DNA of 61,621 bases, counting the filler, from Choristocarpus tenellus KU-1152 (Eukaryota > Protista > Phaeophyceae): the NCBI GenBank assembly GCA_964200185.2. It is 11 parts of 11 records of this genome, joined end to end, with 100 filler letters (N's around TTAATTAATTAA, not from the genome) between each part and the next. Parts side by side here need not be neighbours in the genome. Positions count along the whole stretch, not along the records: positions 1 to 5,217 come from CAXNAD020011475.1; positions 5,318 to 10,792 come from CAXNAD020010662.1; positions 10,893 to 15,408 come from CAXNAD020014202.1; 8 more parts are not named here. The stretch is one strand, 5' to 3'. The position numbers were made by a program, and so were the translations under genes. Numbering within the stretch: position 1 is the stretch's first letter; each line of letters opens with the position of its first letter. Positions 1 to 11,999 of this stretch are shown here, one piece after another. The notes below the pieces were generated by a model, which did no database searches, was not told where the DNA came from, and saw nothing but the letters and a program-made list of their open reading frames with translations.

Positions 1-53
1 CCCCCCCCGACCTCCCCCCTCCCCCCCCACCCCCCCCCCCCCCCAACACACCA

Positions 54-85
<32 letters not shown>

Positions 86-204
86 CCAGAAAAAACAAAA
101 ACAAAAACAAAAACAAAGACACAACAACATGAGAACACAACAGCGCGACTGCTATTAAGTCTTGTTCATCACGAGGGGGGGGGCAGTCTTGATCTTCGAC
201 GTAC

Positions 205-506
205 CTCTGTAGCGTGAAAGCTATACAGGCGGTAGCGAAAGACGATGCTCGGATTGCCGTTGAAGTAGTACTTGGCGGCCACCACAGGAACCGAATCAGC
301 CCTCCAGTTCCCATCTAAGGCACCCACACCCTTGCCTTCGCCTCCACCACCCTTGTCGCCAGGCCCCCCAGAGTGAGTTATCTGTGAGGGTGTGAGCAGA
401 GTCACGTCGTGCAGGCTGCAGTGGATGTGCTCGTGACCTCCACCAGGCCCCGGTGTAAGGCCACAGGAGTGGTCAGCTACAACCTGTGTAGATATTGTCA
501 TTCACG

Positions 507-549
<43 letters not shown>

Positions 550-1212
550 GAGGGTGTTGTGGTAAGGTCAGGGGAGGTCAGGGGAGGTCAGGGTTTGGGG
601 GGTGTTGGGGTAGGGTCGGGGGGGGTCGGGGGGGGTCGGGGTTGGGGGGGGGGGGGTTGAATTGGGGTTGGGTCGAAATTGGAGGGTTACATGTGTAATC
701 CCCCTCTCTGAGCACTTGAGGGTTGTTGCTGTGCTCACAAGCTGAGTAGCGTAGCTTATCACCTATAAGCATTGCTCTCAAACAGACTCCCTGCCTGTAC
801 AAGCACTGAGAGCTGAGAGTTCTACTACTGTACCACGACAATGAAGCAAGTGTATGCAAGACAGTACTACACACAGTCACAACGGGAGTATCTGTAAGAA
901 ATGTATTCAATTGCTTGTGGGCAGGGATATGGCTTTGACAGGCAGTACTGCCGTGTGCAGGTTGCTCTTGGTCAGATCACACAAATCCATCCTCCATCAC
1001 TAAGAGAATACATTTTTGCGAGTGGGGTCCCAAATGCAGTATGCATGTATGCATGTATGCATGCGCCCGAGCTATGCGACCAAGGACCAACAGCATCATG
1101 GTTGGATACACCACACACTCACAGACACTATCTGTAACACTATCTGTTGCTGAGGTACCATTCACTGAGGCTGTGCAAGAGGTCAAAAGTACCTTGCAGA
1201 TAGTTTGACAAA

Positions 1213-1254
<42 letters not shown>

Positions 1255-1517
1255 TTCTTGAAGGCTCAAGTTCATGACGTAGCATCCTGTCTCGGCTTAG
1301 GAAACCCCATATGCCACCACCTTGTCTCTCCTTGCACCTGGTCATAATTGTCAAACTCGCCCTGGAAGCAGCTAAGCAGGTCACGCATCAGCTCACTGGT
1401 GGTTTTATCGCCTTCTCCTCCAATGGAGGCCTCCTTGCATGCCGAGAGAGTATGCATTGGTGACATATGTGTTCGAAACTGTGACTGGATCATGCAGGCC
1501 AGGGACCCAGGGGTGTA
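205..1517 (-). CDS. CpcT/CpeT (T-type bilin lyase / CRUMPLED LEAF-like) family protein, internal exons
   Basis: Exons 1517-1338 and 483-205 have canonical AG/GT boundaries and join in frame: ...LLSCFQGEFDNYDQ|VVADHSCGLTPGPGGGHEHIHCSL...VVAAKYYFNGNPSIVFRYRLYSF. The F.G.FDN..Q start and the YR.R.Y-like motif resemble CpcT/CpeT. First and last exons were not located. Confidence 0.6.
510..546. repeat. (GT)n microsatellite in intron
   Basis: Direct reading; a (CT)n(CA)n tract also lies at 1213-1253. Confidence 0.9.
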
Positions 1518-3486
1518 CTGCGAAGGGAGAAGCAAGGCAAGAAGGGCTCCGGTTTGATGGGGTGGTGCTGACAAAAGTATTCTGTATACAATGTCAACGT
1601 CTTACTTGAAAAGTGTTCTGTATACAAGGTGATCGGAAATATGGCGACTCCTTTCAGTTAGGCGTGTTTAGAATGCCATGGTCATCTTTGCGCCATGATA
1701 AGGCGGTGTTTTGAGCCATAGTGGTCAGGCACGCCTTAAAGTGGACTGACACGCCATACCAAGGGCGGTAAGGAATCCCGTTTGTTGCTTGAACAGCAGC
1801 ACTTTGTAGTCACACTAAAGAGAGGCACAGTGTAGAGTACAACTCCATTTGTCCCTCGTCTACACACTTTTGTGGTGTCTTGGTCCTACTGTCACATTAA
1901 GACATTAGCCACTTCGATCAGGCCACACGCCAACACAACCTGTGCCAGGCTGAATCTGGGTACCACACTTCACTGGGCATCAATGCTGGTGTGGTGGCTA
2001 TTAACTTTGAACATGTGGTACCATGAAGGAATGTCTAATTGCACACACATCGTAGTGCCTGAGTGACTATAATGCAAGTCAAAAACACTTGAACCTTCAA
2101 TGGTGAAAAAAATGCTCTCCTTTTTTTCTGTTCCAGGTCACAGACTTGTTTTTATAAGAAATCTTACTTTAAGTCAAGTCAGGGATCAAATCGCCACAAC
2201 TTTCATTTAAGTGACTTTTCCATTTTCAAATCATGACGAGTTCCCCAGCAAGTCTAAGAGGTCAGAGAAACCAGGCCGGGACACTTTGGTCTCAAGGTGG
2301 GACCACGACTGCATTTCAGACCCTTACCGATATGAAACATATTTTCACACCGGCAGACTAACCCTCCCATGCTTGGTAAACTTTCAGAAATCTCTGAGTC
2401 CTCTGGAAAATCCGCAGCGAGTTAGTTAGCCCTAACAACGTGCAAGGTTGGTAGTCCTCTATTGCTAAGAAAAAGGAACCTACAGTGTACCACCGCATGC
2501 ACGACGTTGAGTGAGCACTTTCGGGGAAACCTTTAGAGGAGCATATTGCACACTCGTTGGGTGGATGGAAGAGAAGTTTAGAAAAGCGTAGGTTTGCCGC
2601 CTCATCTCTCGCTTTTTCACATCGATGATCTACATACTTTTGCTGGGTGCGCTATATCCTGACTTACTCATCCTTTCCCATGAACCCTCAACCTAATGCT
2701 ACAGCCTGGTCCTTACCATGCTACGCGACAGGATTCCCCCGGGCTTAATCCCCGTCAGTCCCATCCAGGAGTTTACTCTGCATGTCTCTAGAAGAAGGCA
2801 CAAGGCAAGGCGAGAAAACCACCGAGGAATGGTCATCGAGCTTCACCTCTTGCCTCTGAATTCGTACCACGAAGAATATATGCGTGAGCTATAGTTGGTC
2901 GACTCGATGTGCGAAATAGAGGATGCTCTCCTGTATGAGGAGAAGCAGATTGCAATTGGAAAAATGGTGTGAGCTTCACTTAATCTACCCCATAGACGGT
3001 GCTGTTGAGATCATGTTCGTTCAGACGTCGGCCACACCCTAAACGGGCTTACTAGATTTACAATGGATTTAATTTCCTGAAAGAGGAGATGGACAGCAAC
3101 GTACAACGGGTGTTGGATGGTACTACTGTCTAGCTAGTCCAGGTGATGAAGCATGTTCCATGTAATACACACAATTCGCAATTAAATGAGGCATGGACTT
3201 CAAGCAACTTCAACAATAAGGGCTTTTAGCTCTAGCATTCAAAAAGAACTTAAGCAAATTTCTCCATTCCTCATCACCCACGTTTCCTTCCCCTGTGCCA
3301 ATTAGTCCTTGTTGGAGAGAGTACACAAAGGAGTAAAACAACAGGAGTACTAAGTAACAATACAAGTGGTGTGTGTTTGTATCATAGTTCAAACACCTTT
3401 TCTCGAGAAAGGTATACCCTCCTCTGTCATTGCATCCTCCACACTCTGCCACCTTGCACAATTTTGGATACACTTTAGAGACAACA

Positions 3487-5205
3487 ATGGCGTCTCGACT
3501 TGTACCTCTGGCGCGGAGAGGGGTGTTGCAATACCACTCTCGAAATCCAAGGCTGATAAGATATGTTGTACGGCCGCTCAGCAGTGTCCAGAAACAGTCA
3601 GACAATGCCAAAGAGCCGGAGGTCACCAACATCGACCGTGCTGCGCTGGCTCCTCCAATTGACTTCGATATGTGTAGCGTGGTGGAAGGTCAAGAATCAC
3701 AGATCGTCACGATCGAACTGGAGCCTAATCAAATGATAAGGGTGAGGGGTGTCGGTTTCGGCCTGGGTTTATAATTGAAAATGCCAAATAGATTGATAGG
3801 TTTCGGGTGGGTTTTTCTATGGAGTGTATTGATAAAATGTCCGTAGACCCCAGAGCTCAAAATAGAATAAGCCGTATCTCTTCCGTGAGTGCGGGAGTTC
3901 GTTAGAATGTTGTTTAATTGTGTCAACATTTAGATAGCGATGTCTCGCCACGCTCGTGGGAGTCCCTCACCTAGCAAGGACCATGCCTCTCGTACTTCTA
4001 GAACTATCCCTTTGTCTTCTGTGTTGAAGCGTAAAAATCAATTTCTTCGGTTGGCGCACCCTTTTTCTTTCTACGCTGCATTTGCCGATGGATCCATATT
4101 CGAATCGTGGTGAAATGTGTCCTATGAGGTACGAAATAATATTTATCGTGCACACAATCTCAGCGTCGTTCTTGACCAGCCTATTCTATCATACTGAATT
4201 TTTTTCTACATAATGTGCCGTGTCTTGTACTGAACCTGTCCGCCCTTGAATTTGGCCAAATTTACCAAGGCTGAGGCCGGCAATCTGGTTTTTATGGAGG
4301 ATGGAATAGAGATGGATACCAGCACGGGGGGTGGAATGAGCAGTATGTTCAAGAGGTGAGTCAGGCAAGCAAGGAATGCACACCCAGGTTACCCTGACCA
4401 CGGGTGGAGCACTCTTAACCTTAAGGCTCTTTCTTTGTGTGAGGCATTCTTGACAGTGCATATGTGGACGTTCAGCTATTGATGTGGGACATGGAGCACT
4501 CCAACAGTAAGCATTGAGCCTCACTCCTGGCACTCCATTTTTTTATTCCTGAGAAAGGTGATCTTGTTTCCTCCCTTTTTAGTACATGTAGTACATGTGG
4601 CAGGACTTGATTGTTTTGCTCCAGAGATAGCCGAATGAAGATGGCCAACAGAAAATTTCGATCAAGCAGGCACTCATGGTAGTAGCGCCTGCCTTGCTTA
4701 CAATTTTCTTAGCGCTGAAGCCCCCCTTGAAATTACAATTTTCATTCGTTTGGGGCGACACGGCATGCAAAGCTGCTGCGCACAAGCAGTCCCGTATGCT
4801 CAACACATCCTCAACACATCCTCAACACATCCTCAATACACCTCAATACCAAATGATCATTGTTTGCGTAGGACACACTACACACACTTATCACTACCCA
4901 CACTTATCACTACACACACTTATCACTACACATGCGAAGACTCCCCTTGGCACCTCTAAGTGACACTCTTTGTTCCTCATCATCCCACCCTCCTCTGCAT
5001 CAACCTGAATCAATCTGAAAGGGTTATCACGGGACAGAACATGTTCGTTACAGACTACGTAAACAAGGGATTGGTCAACAAGAGGGTGGCCTTGGGAACC
5101 GACGTTCCGAGCAAGATCATCCGCCTCCCTCTGTCTGACTACGGAGGTGCGGTGGTGTGTCAACGGGGAGCGTTCCTGGCGGGGAGTCACTCAATTGAAA
5201 TAGAG
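3487..5205 (+). CDS. AIM24: AIM24 family mitochondrial protein, 5' three exons (3' end lost in the gap)
   Basis: Exons 3487-3741, 4270-4355 and 5022-5205 are phase-compatible. An Arg-rich mitochondrial presequence (MASRLVPLARRG...) precedes VEGQESQIVTIELEPNQMIR|AEAGNLVFMEDGIEMDTSTGGGMSSMFKR|VITGQNMFVTDY...GGAVVCQRGAFLAG, typical AIM24 motifs. Confidence 0.9.
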
Positions 5206-5217
5206 GTGAGAGGGGGG

Positions 5218-5317
5218 NNNNNNNNNNNNNNNNNNNNNNNNNNNNNNNNNNNNNNNNNNNNTTAATTAATTAANNNNNNNNNNNNNNNNNNNNNNNNNNN
5301 NNNNNNNNNNNNNNNNN
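5218..5317. other. Artificial contig-join spacer (first of 10)
   Basis: 44 N + TTAATTAATTAA (stops in all six frames) + 44 N. Identical spacers at 10793-10892, 15409-15508, 21265-21364, 25571-25670, 30089-30188, 38542-38641, 42481-42580, 51839-51938 and 54517-54616. Confidence 0.97.
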
Positions 5318-5467
5318 GTCCGTTTTTCACCCTTTTTTTTTTTTTTTTTCTTTTGGTGTGATTTGGTCGCACGTGTCGGATTTGAAATGTCAGCAAAAAA
5401 AAGTTGTTAGACCGAAACGGACGCCCCCTCACAAACCACCCCCCCCCCCCTCCAGATACTTTGACCC
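5318..5467 (+). mobile_element. MITE subfamily A, partial (left end in gap)
   Basis: Nearly collinear with 28440-28618; ends ...CCAGATACTTTGACCC. Confidence 0.85.
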
Positions 5468-5559
5468 ATGGTCCCTTCTGCTGTCCACTTCATTTTAAAT
5501 TCAACGGACATAGTCTTGACAGGTTTCCTTCCCCGTGGCAAAACCTCTCCCTCTGTGAA

Positions 5560-5748
5560 TTTCCCATGGGTATTTTATTGACGTTTTACTTACTCAGAAA
5601 CATTTCGGAGTAGGTAAAACGTGTATGTTATGAAAAAGTGTGTCCGGACCAAGGATATTGACACTTCCTAACAAACACGATAGCCAAAAATACATTAAAA
5701 TTTTGACCCCAAATGGACACGGCTCTACCCTCTAAGATACTTTGACTC
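5560..5748 (-). mobile_element. MITE subfamily B, partial
   Basis: Reverse complement of the 9160/11731/22131 copies; ends CCCTCTAAGATACTTTGACTC. Confidence 0.8.
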
Positions 5749-5749
5749 G

Positions 5750-6160
5750 CTAGTCACTTCAGTGCATATTACCTTCGAAGAGGAGGAGCACACCATGGAC
5801 TTTGTTGGAGAACAGGATACCTCTCAATCTGAGCACGAGGAACAAGACGAGAACAACACGGATGGGGAATCTGAGAGGGATTCTCTTGAGGACTCCAGCG
5901 ACGTTACAGAGTCCACCCCACAAGAAACATTGGCATCCGAGCACAATTCTCCTAAAGGTAGATCCGCCAGGCTGAGCAAGTAACCCTGGGTGGACTACAG
6001 AGGTTTACATTCAGGGATGAGAAGAGATTGGGCAACAACATCATCAACTTACGCAGGGCAAGCACCTCTGACGCATACTGTTTAATGGGTTTGACAGGCA
6101 AGACTACTCCAGACCATCAAGAACCATCTTCAATATCAGAGGCACTTGCGGGGCCTGATA
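5750..6160 (+). pseudogene. Ty1/Copia pol fragment (integrase-RT linker)
   Basis: VTSVHITFEE (SRDVxFxE-like), an acidic linker, RSARLSK*PWVDY, then EPSSISEALAGPD (the EPxSxxEAL motif that precedes Copia RT). Contains an internal stop. Confidence 0.65.
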
Positions 6161-7555
6161 TATGAGAACTTCAAGGGTTTCAACTGTCTGTTGCGAAATG
6201 TGAACCCAGTGCCTACCCCTGTCACTCATCACATTTGTGCGACTATATGTTGAAAAAAACAGTATATAATTGTCCCACGTTTTAGGGGCAATAATAGGTA
6301 TGGTGTAGGTGGAGTTATTCTGTAATTTGAAGTGCTCATGTTTGGGCAGGGGAATGCCATTCTACTTTGCCTTGTGTACTCTGGAAATATGGTTTACTGG
6401 TATTTGAGTTTATGATCAAAGGTAAGTAGGCCATGGATTCTGTGTTGATGAGCATGACACACAGGTCTGCAGTATATGTCATTGATTGGTGGAGTTGGAG
6501 GGGATATCTGTGATGATATGGGTGGGACATTCTGGGTTTATGGTAGAGGGGAATTTGGTGTTGGAGGCTGATTTAGTGGATGATTGTTTGTGGTCATCAA
6601 TTGCTACAGAACCTGCTGACCAGTCCATCATCCTGAAATCTGTGTCGATGAAGATTCATGAAGATTTGTGGAGTTCGACTGGCTCATTTTGTTTGAATTC
6701 TTTCGCCATGAAGATGATACTGAAACTGTTCTCATTGGTGTAGAAGTGTTATTTCCTCTCCTGGATTGAATTAAACAGCAATCAGAATGATGTGGCTATG
6801 TACACAGAGCATGTGTGTGGTGCTCAAAGGACAGGCAATGTACAAAGAGTGTCCCCAAAGCACTATTAAAATACTCTCCCACTTCAGAACTGCTGCACGG
6901 TTGTTGCCACTGTGAAACAGGTGGAAACCGACAGACAGGTTCTTCAGACTGATGGGGAGGGTGAAGACCCACAAGACCAATCGAAGAGAGAAAGACAAGG
7001 CAGGAAGGTAAGCAAGCCTTAGAAGGTCACTCAGGAAAGGAGTGACCAAGGGAAGTGAATGATGGGAACTTATAACCTCCACTCAACAATCTGATATTTG
7101 TGTGATTAGAAACCAATATCGATATAATATGAGGAAACAGACTCTGAGGTATACCTTGGGAGGAAGGGTTATTATCACAATCACCTCTTATACATATCCT
7201 CTACACAAAACAAGAAGAGAAAAAACAAATTCCTACTAGTACTACATGTTGGTTTTGACCTTTTCATGTTATACCCGATTTTAGGATTCTGAGGACTAAA
7301 TCGGAGGTTCTTCTGATTCAAACTATAAAAGAGGAAATCTGTCTCCCAAAATGACAGCATACAACATACTAGATACAATATTGAATGTGCCAAAACATAC
7401 CAACCATATGAGTATCGGTTGTTCAAGAACTACAGTCACAGTCATCCCCTAAATCAAAATCAAATCCTTGGTTACATGTAGGTCCTTGCTTCGGAACTCT
7501 GCAACCCACACCCTCCACACAGGAGCAGTTGGCAAACAAACTATAAAAACGAGCC

Positions 7556-9754
7556 ATGGCCTTGCAATGCCTCCAAATAGTGCTTGTCGCAATGTTTACT
7601 GGAACATCCCAGGCACTGCGGCTTGCCCCATCAACATCCCTGGCACACCCTCCAAACACTTCAAACCGTCCCTTCACAGGATTCGGAATCCAAAGGATGG
7701 CGTCGACGTCTCAGGAAGCGGTTGAAATTGATACTATGCCGAGACAGTGTGACCTCGATTCGTGGAGAAAGGTGGGATGCGCAAGAATGGAAGTTTTCCT
7801 TCCTCAACAACGAGTACAGGGTACTAGCAAAATGGTGGTCCTGTGACCTGAGAATAGCATCCATCTTCCCCGCCTTCACGATGTTCCCTTCTAATGCTTA
7901 AATGTAAATCTGTTACAGCTTGCTCAACTTCTGTTTCGTGCGCACAATTTACACGTACACAAGCCTACTCATGATCCACGACTATTGATAGTTGGGTGTT
8001 GCAGTTCACATACGCGCTTGGCAGGTATATGATACGATACCCCAGTGACATTATTCCCATCAACCTCCAAAGGGGTCGCCGCGCGCTTGGTTGAGTAGTC
8101 TCGTGTTTTGTGGACTTGGATGCGGGTCATATTACGTTGTGCAACAACGAATGCAGCAAACACCCTCACAAACCTGATTCGTGTCAGCGCGTTTCTACTG
8201 GAAGTCTGTTAAAGTTTGGAGATCAAACCCTACCTCCCCTCCTCTCATTCACTAGGGATATACATCCGCTGCTTCAGAGGATCAGTACCCACTCGAAGCG
8301 AGCGAAGGAGCCATCCCAGCTGACATTGAGGGCACGTATTTTCGAAACGGGTCGGGGAAGCTGAAGGTGAGGAATCATGTGTGTGGTCGAGGACAGCAGA
8401 TGAAGTGATGTAGAGCAGGGCTCTCACATGATGGTATCAAGTGGAGTGGATTGGGACCAGACTGCTTCTGAAGAGAGGACAGTGAAGCTCAATTGTTTGC
8501 AATGGCTATCTTGAACGTGGAGGATCTCGCAACGTCATGAAGCATGGGCACAACTCCTTGTTTAGTAATACTATTGATACAGGACCACTGAAAAATACTA
8601 GGGGACAGTTGGGATCCACATTTCCTTGACATCGGGAGAATAGGAATACTCAAGGTTGAAGGGAAAGGAAAATTGAAAGACACAATACTCTTTTACCCTT
8701 TTATCAAGAATTGCCTTCGGAAGGTGATGTGTTGAAAACCTATGTGAACATTTTTTTTGTTGCTTTTGGGGTGCCACCTAGACTGTTGTGTGCTCATCCT
8801 AAGATGCCTCCTTTCACCCAACACTCTCCTGCTTTGCATGATACCTCTACACCAGACCACACCACAGGGGTGCATGCACTATTGATTGCCTCTATTCAAC
8901 TGTGATCCACTCACCCCCCGTCCCCCTGTTCCGCTGGCCCCCTTTATGTGGTAAGATTGGAGATGACATTGTAAAACACCCTCTTGATGGCGATGGCATG
9001 ATCGTGGCGGTCAGCTTTTCGAAGGAAGGCGCTTACTTCCGCAATCGATTTGTGAGTGGAGTGTCTATGTAATAGTGATCTTACAATGTACTGTAATTGT
9101 ATTTCATGTTCTACATATATGGGTGCACAGTAGTTACCCATATTGAAGTGGGGATTAAGGAGTCAAAGTATCTTAGGCGGTAGAGCCGTGTCCATTTGGA
9201 GACCAAAATCCAATGTTGCAATCTTGATGTAATTTTGGCTATTGTGTTTGTTGGGAGGTGTGAATATCCTTGTTCCAGATACACCTTTTCATAATGTATA
9301 CATTTTACCTACTCTGAATTTTTTTTCAGAGTAGGTAAAATGTCATAAAAAAAAACCCGTGGGAAGCCAAGCCCCAAACGGACAAACAGGGCAAAACTCG
9401 TACCCTAAACCTAAGATACATTAACTCAAGGTCTATATATAATACCGTCGCAAGACCAAGGAGGACCACCAGGGTGATTTCAGTATGAGAAAGGTGCCTT
9501 GAGGCCTCTATCATACACATTCAGGTTATGTACAAAGGGAAAAGCATATTGCGATGGGGGGGAGGGTATCTTCCGACCACTTTGGTAGTATCCACAAAAA
9601 TGTGTAGGAAGTTGAATCACCATTGCTGTTGTGTTGTCCATGGAGGAGGTGTTAAACAAGTTTCCTGTCTGTTCGTACTGATTTGGCATCGGTCTGGCAC
9701 ACGCCTGCCATAACTTACTCCTTTCTAGAGGTGACTTTGGAACGCAATCAGCAG
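7556..9754 (+). CDS. Carotenoid cleavage dioxygenase (CCD/RPE65 family), 5' exons, probably plastid-targeted
   Basis: Exons 7556-7771, 8256-8366 and 8956-9051, plus a probable exon at 9729-9754. Reads: signal peptide and S/T-rich transit-like region ...DLDSWRK|GY...EGAIPADIEGTYFRNGSGKLK|IGDDIVKHPLDGDGMIVAVSF...AYFRNRF| ...RGDFGTQSAG. GxIPxDxxGTxxRNG, HPxDGDGM and RNRF are CCD hallmarks. Later exons were not traced. Confidence 0.88.
9160..9427 (+). mobile_element. MITE subfamily B in CCD intron
   Basis: GAGTCAAAGTATCTTAG...CTAAGATACATTAACTC termini; body matches the other B copies. Confidence 0.85.
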
Positions 9755-10916
9755 GTCAGGGGTAGGTCAAAGAGGTGTTGAAACTCTTGTCTAGAGTTGT
9801 AGTGGAATGCTCTGCTGGCATGATGTAGCACCCGTTAAATTGTTTGCAATTGCAGCGATGGATTCAATGCCAACCGGAACTTTTTCTGACACTCAATATT
9901 TTGTTGATCTGCCCAGTAGCGATGGTCTCTTAACAAGCTCCTTTTCTCGGAACGCTGGATAGGCCGTAGAACCTGACATGTTAACATGGCATGAAGGACT
10001 GGAGGTATGGAAAAGACACCACACTGTCTGCCATCCACTATGTCAACTGTGGCGAGGTGGTGACCGTACGCATCCTCTCTTTCTGCAGTTGACATGCCCC
10101 CATACTATTTTCCAAGTCTGTGCTTGCTTTTTTTGGGGGGGGCGGGGGCGGGGGCGGGGGCGGGGTGGTGTTCCGCAAGGTCGATGTGCGTTCTAGATGC
10201 TGTCCATGTTTCACTTCTCACTTTTTGTGTACACTCTGCTGCCAGGAGTCGTGAAGGTTGATGTAATACATCGTGATAGGAAATGACACTAGAAGAGTGC
10301 CTTTGGTGTTGCTCCCGATACAGCGGACTCTTACAGGGATGGGGTGCTGGTCTCGATGGAATGGGATGGCGCTGGATTGAACCACCGCGATCCTGAATTC
10401 AGTTTCTGGCTTCCTGACCCGGATGTGACTGTGGCAAGCAGTAGTACATCGCGAAGGCTGACGCGAGGTGCTTTTTTATTATTATTATTTTTTGAGTATA
10501 TATATATATAATATATATTTTCTTTTTTTCTCAGAAGACCCTGGTATGGTACCGCCTCGAAGTCGGTCCCTGGGAGAAGTCTCGGGAGGGATGAAACCGA
10601 TTCGGCAGTGTGCTCCACGAGAGTTCTGCCTCCCCCTCAACGTGAGATCGATTGTTTATTATTTTTGTTTGCAATCGCCCCGTTCGTTTCAGAACAGATC
10701 GGAATATCGGGGTTAAAGCACCCCCCCCCCGCCCCCCCCCCCCTCACCCTCCTTCTCCCATATACCTTTGCCCGTTTTGTAGTTTCTATCTGNNNNNNNN
10801 NNNNNNNNNNNNNNNNNNNNNNNNNNNNNNNNNNNNTTAATTAATTAANNNNNNNNNNNNNNNNNNNNNNNNNNNNNNNNNNNNNNNNNNNNCCCACCCC
10901 CCCTCCCAGGTACTTT

Positions 10917-11160
10917 GGAAAGTATCTTAGCGTCCATTTGGGGGTCAAAATATAATGTTGCGATGTTGATATAATTTTGGCTATCGTGTTGTTAGGAAGT
11001 GTCAATATCTATGTTTCGGAGACAACTTTTCATAACGTATACATTTTACCTACTCCTAAACATTTTGGAGTAGTAGGAAAATGTCATGAAAAACCCGTGG
11101 GAAGGCAATCCCCAAATGGACAAACAGGGCAAAATTCGACCCTCTAAGATAGTTTCAACA
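10917..11160 (+). mobile_element. MITE subfamily B, degenerate, abutting the right end of an A/C-type MITE
   Basis: AAAGTATCTTAG...CCCTCTAAGATAG; preceded by CCCCCTCCCAGGTACTTTG at the contig edge. Confidence 0.75.
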
Positions 11161-11730
11161 TTGTTGGTGTTACCACTATTGACAGCTGCTTCATACAATG
11201 TCCGAATGCAAATGAACACATAAACATGTGTAGAGACGTGTGGTTGTGTTCGCGACCGAGAAAAGCGAAGTGAGGGGTGGATACGTTGGAAACTCTTCAA
11301 CACCGCACATGTCGCCAATCTTGACCTAAAGTGAGCATTTGCTCCCTGGATTTCAAACCGCCATGACATGGAGGCCTCTTAGTGTACACCAAAAAAAAAG
11401 TCACATGTGTCGACAGACCTGTGCTATATATGCCTAGATCGACGGACCGGCGTACATAGGGGCCACGTCGATTTTGACGCTAAAATGCTTTCACTTGGAA
11501 TTGAATCTGGAGGTTCCAAAAGATATTTACACAGGTGGCAACATAGCGGTGGTGGTCGAAATTGGTATGGCCATAGACCTGAAAAGCTTTCTAAATAACG
11601 CGATGGGGTATCAATCGCCACCACTTTGCACAATATTGTGCGGAAGGGCATGTAATTAGGAGTGTCTATATGTCGTGTCTGGGTGTACAGGCGATCTCGT
11701 GTGAATTGGTGTATCATGATGGACAGCAAT

Positions 11731-11987
11731 GAGTCAAAGTATCGTAGAGGGTAGAGCCGCGTCCGTTTCGAGGCCAAATCCAATGTTGCAATTTTGATGT
11801 AATTTTGGCAATCATGTTTGTTAGTCCGTGCTAATATCCTTGTTCCAAACACGCCTTTTCATAACGTATACATCTTACCTACTCTGAAACATTTTCGGAT
11901 TAGGTAAAATATAATTATAAAACAAGGAAATCAAGCCCCAAATAGACAAATAGGGAAAAACTCGTACCCTCCAAGATACTTTCACAC
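11731..11987 (+). mobile_element. MITE subfamily B
   Basis: GAGTCAAAGTATC...GATACTTTCACAC; flanks CAAT/CAAC (near 4-bp TSD). Confidence 0.85.
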
Positions 11988-11999
11988 CAACGCCATCTA

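Noticed and set aside
409-910. Gly/Pro/Val-Cys-rich ORFs in the ORF track
   Set aside because: Products of the GT microsatellite and G-runs inside an intron.
2850-3130. hAT dimerisation domain remnant (KWCELHLIYP...VQTSATP / KRAY*IYN)
   Set aside because: Needs a frameshift and stops, and has no second copy; too weak to call.
4795-4932. Short tandem repeats (CTCAACACATC; CACACTTATCACTA) in an AIM24 intron
   Set aside because: Ordinary slippage-type minisatellites.
5262-5273. Recurrent TTAATTAATTAA palindrome
   Set aside because: Always centred in 44+44 N; an artificial six-frame-stop linker, not biology.
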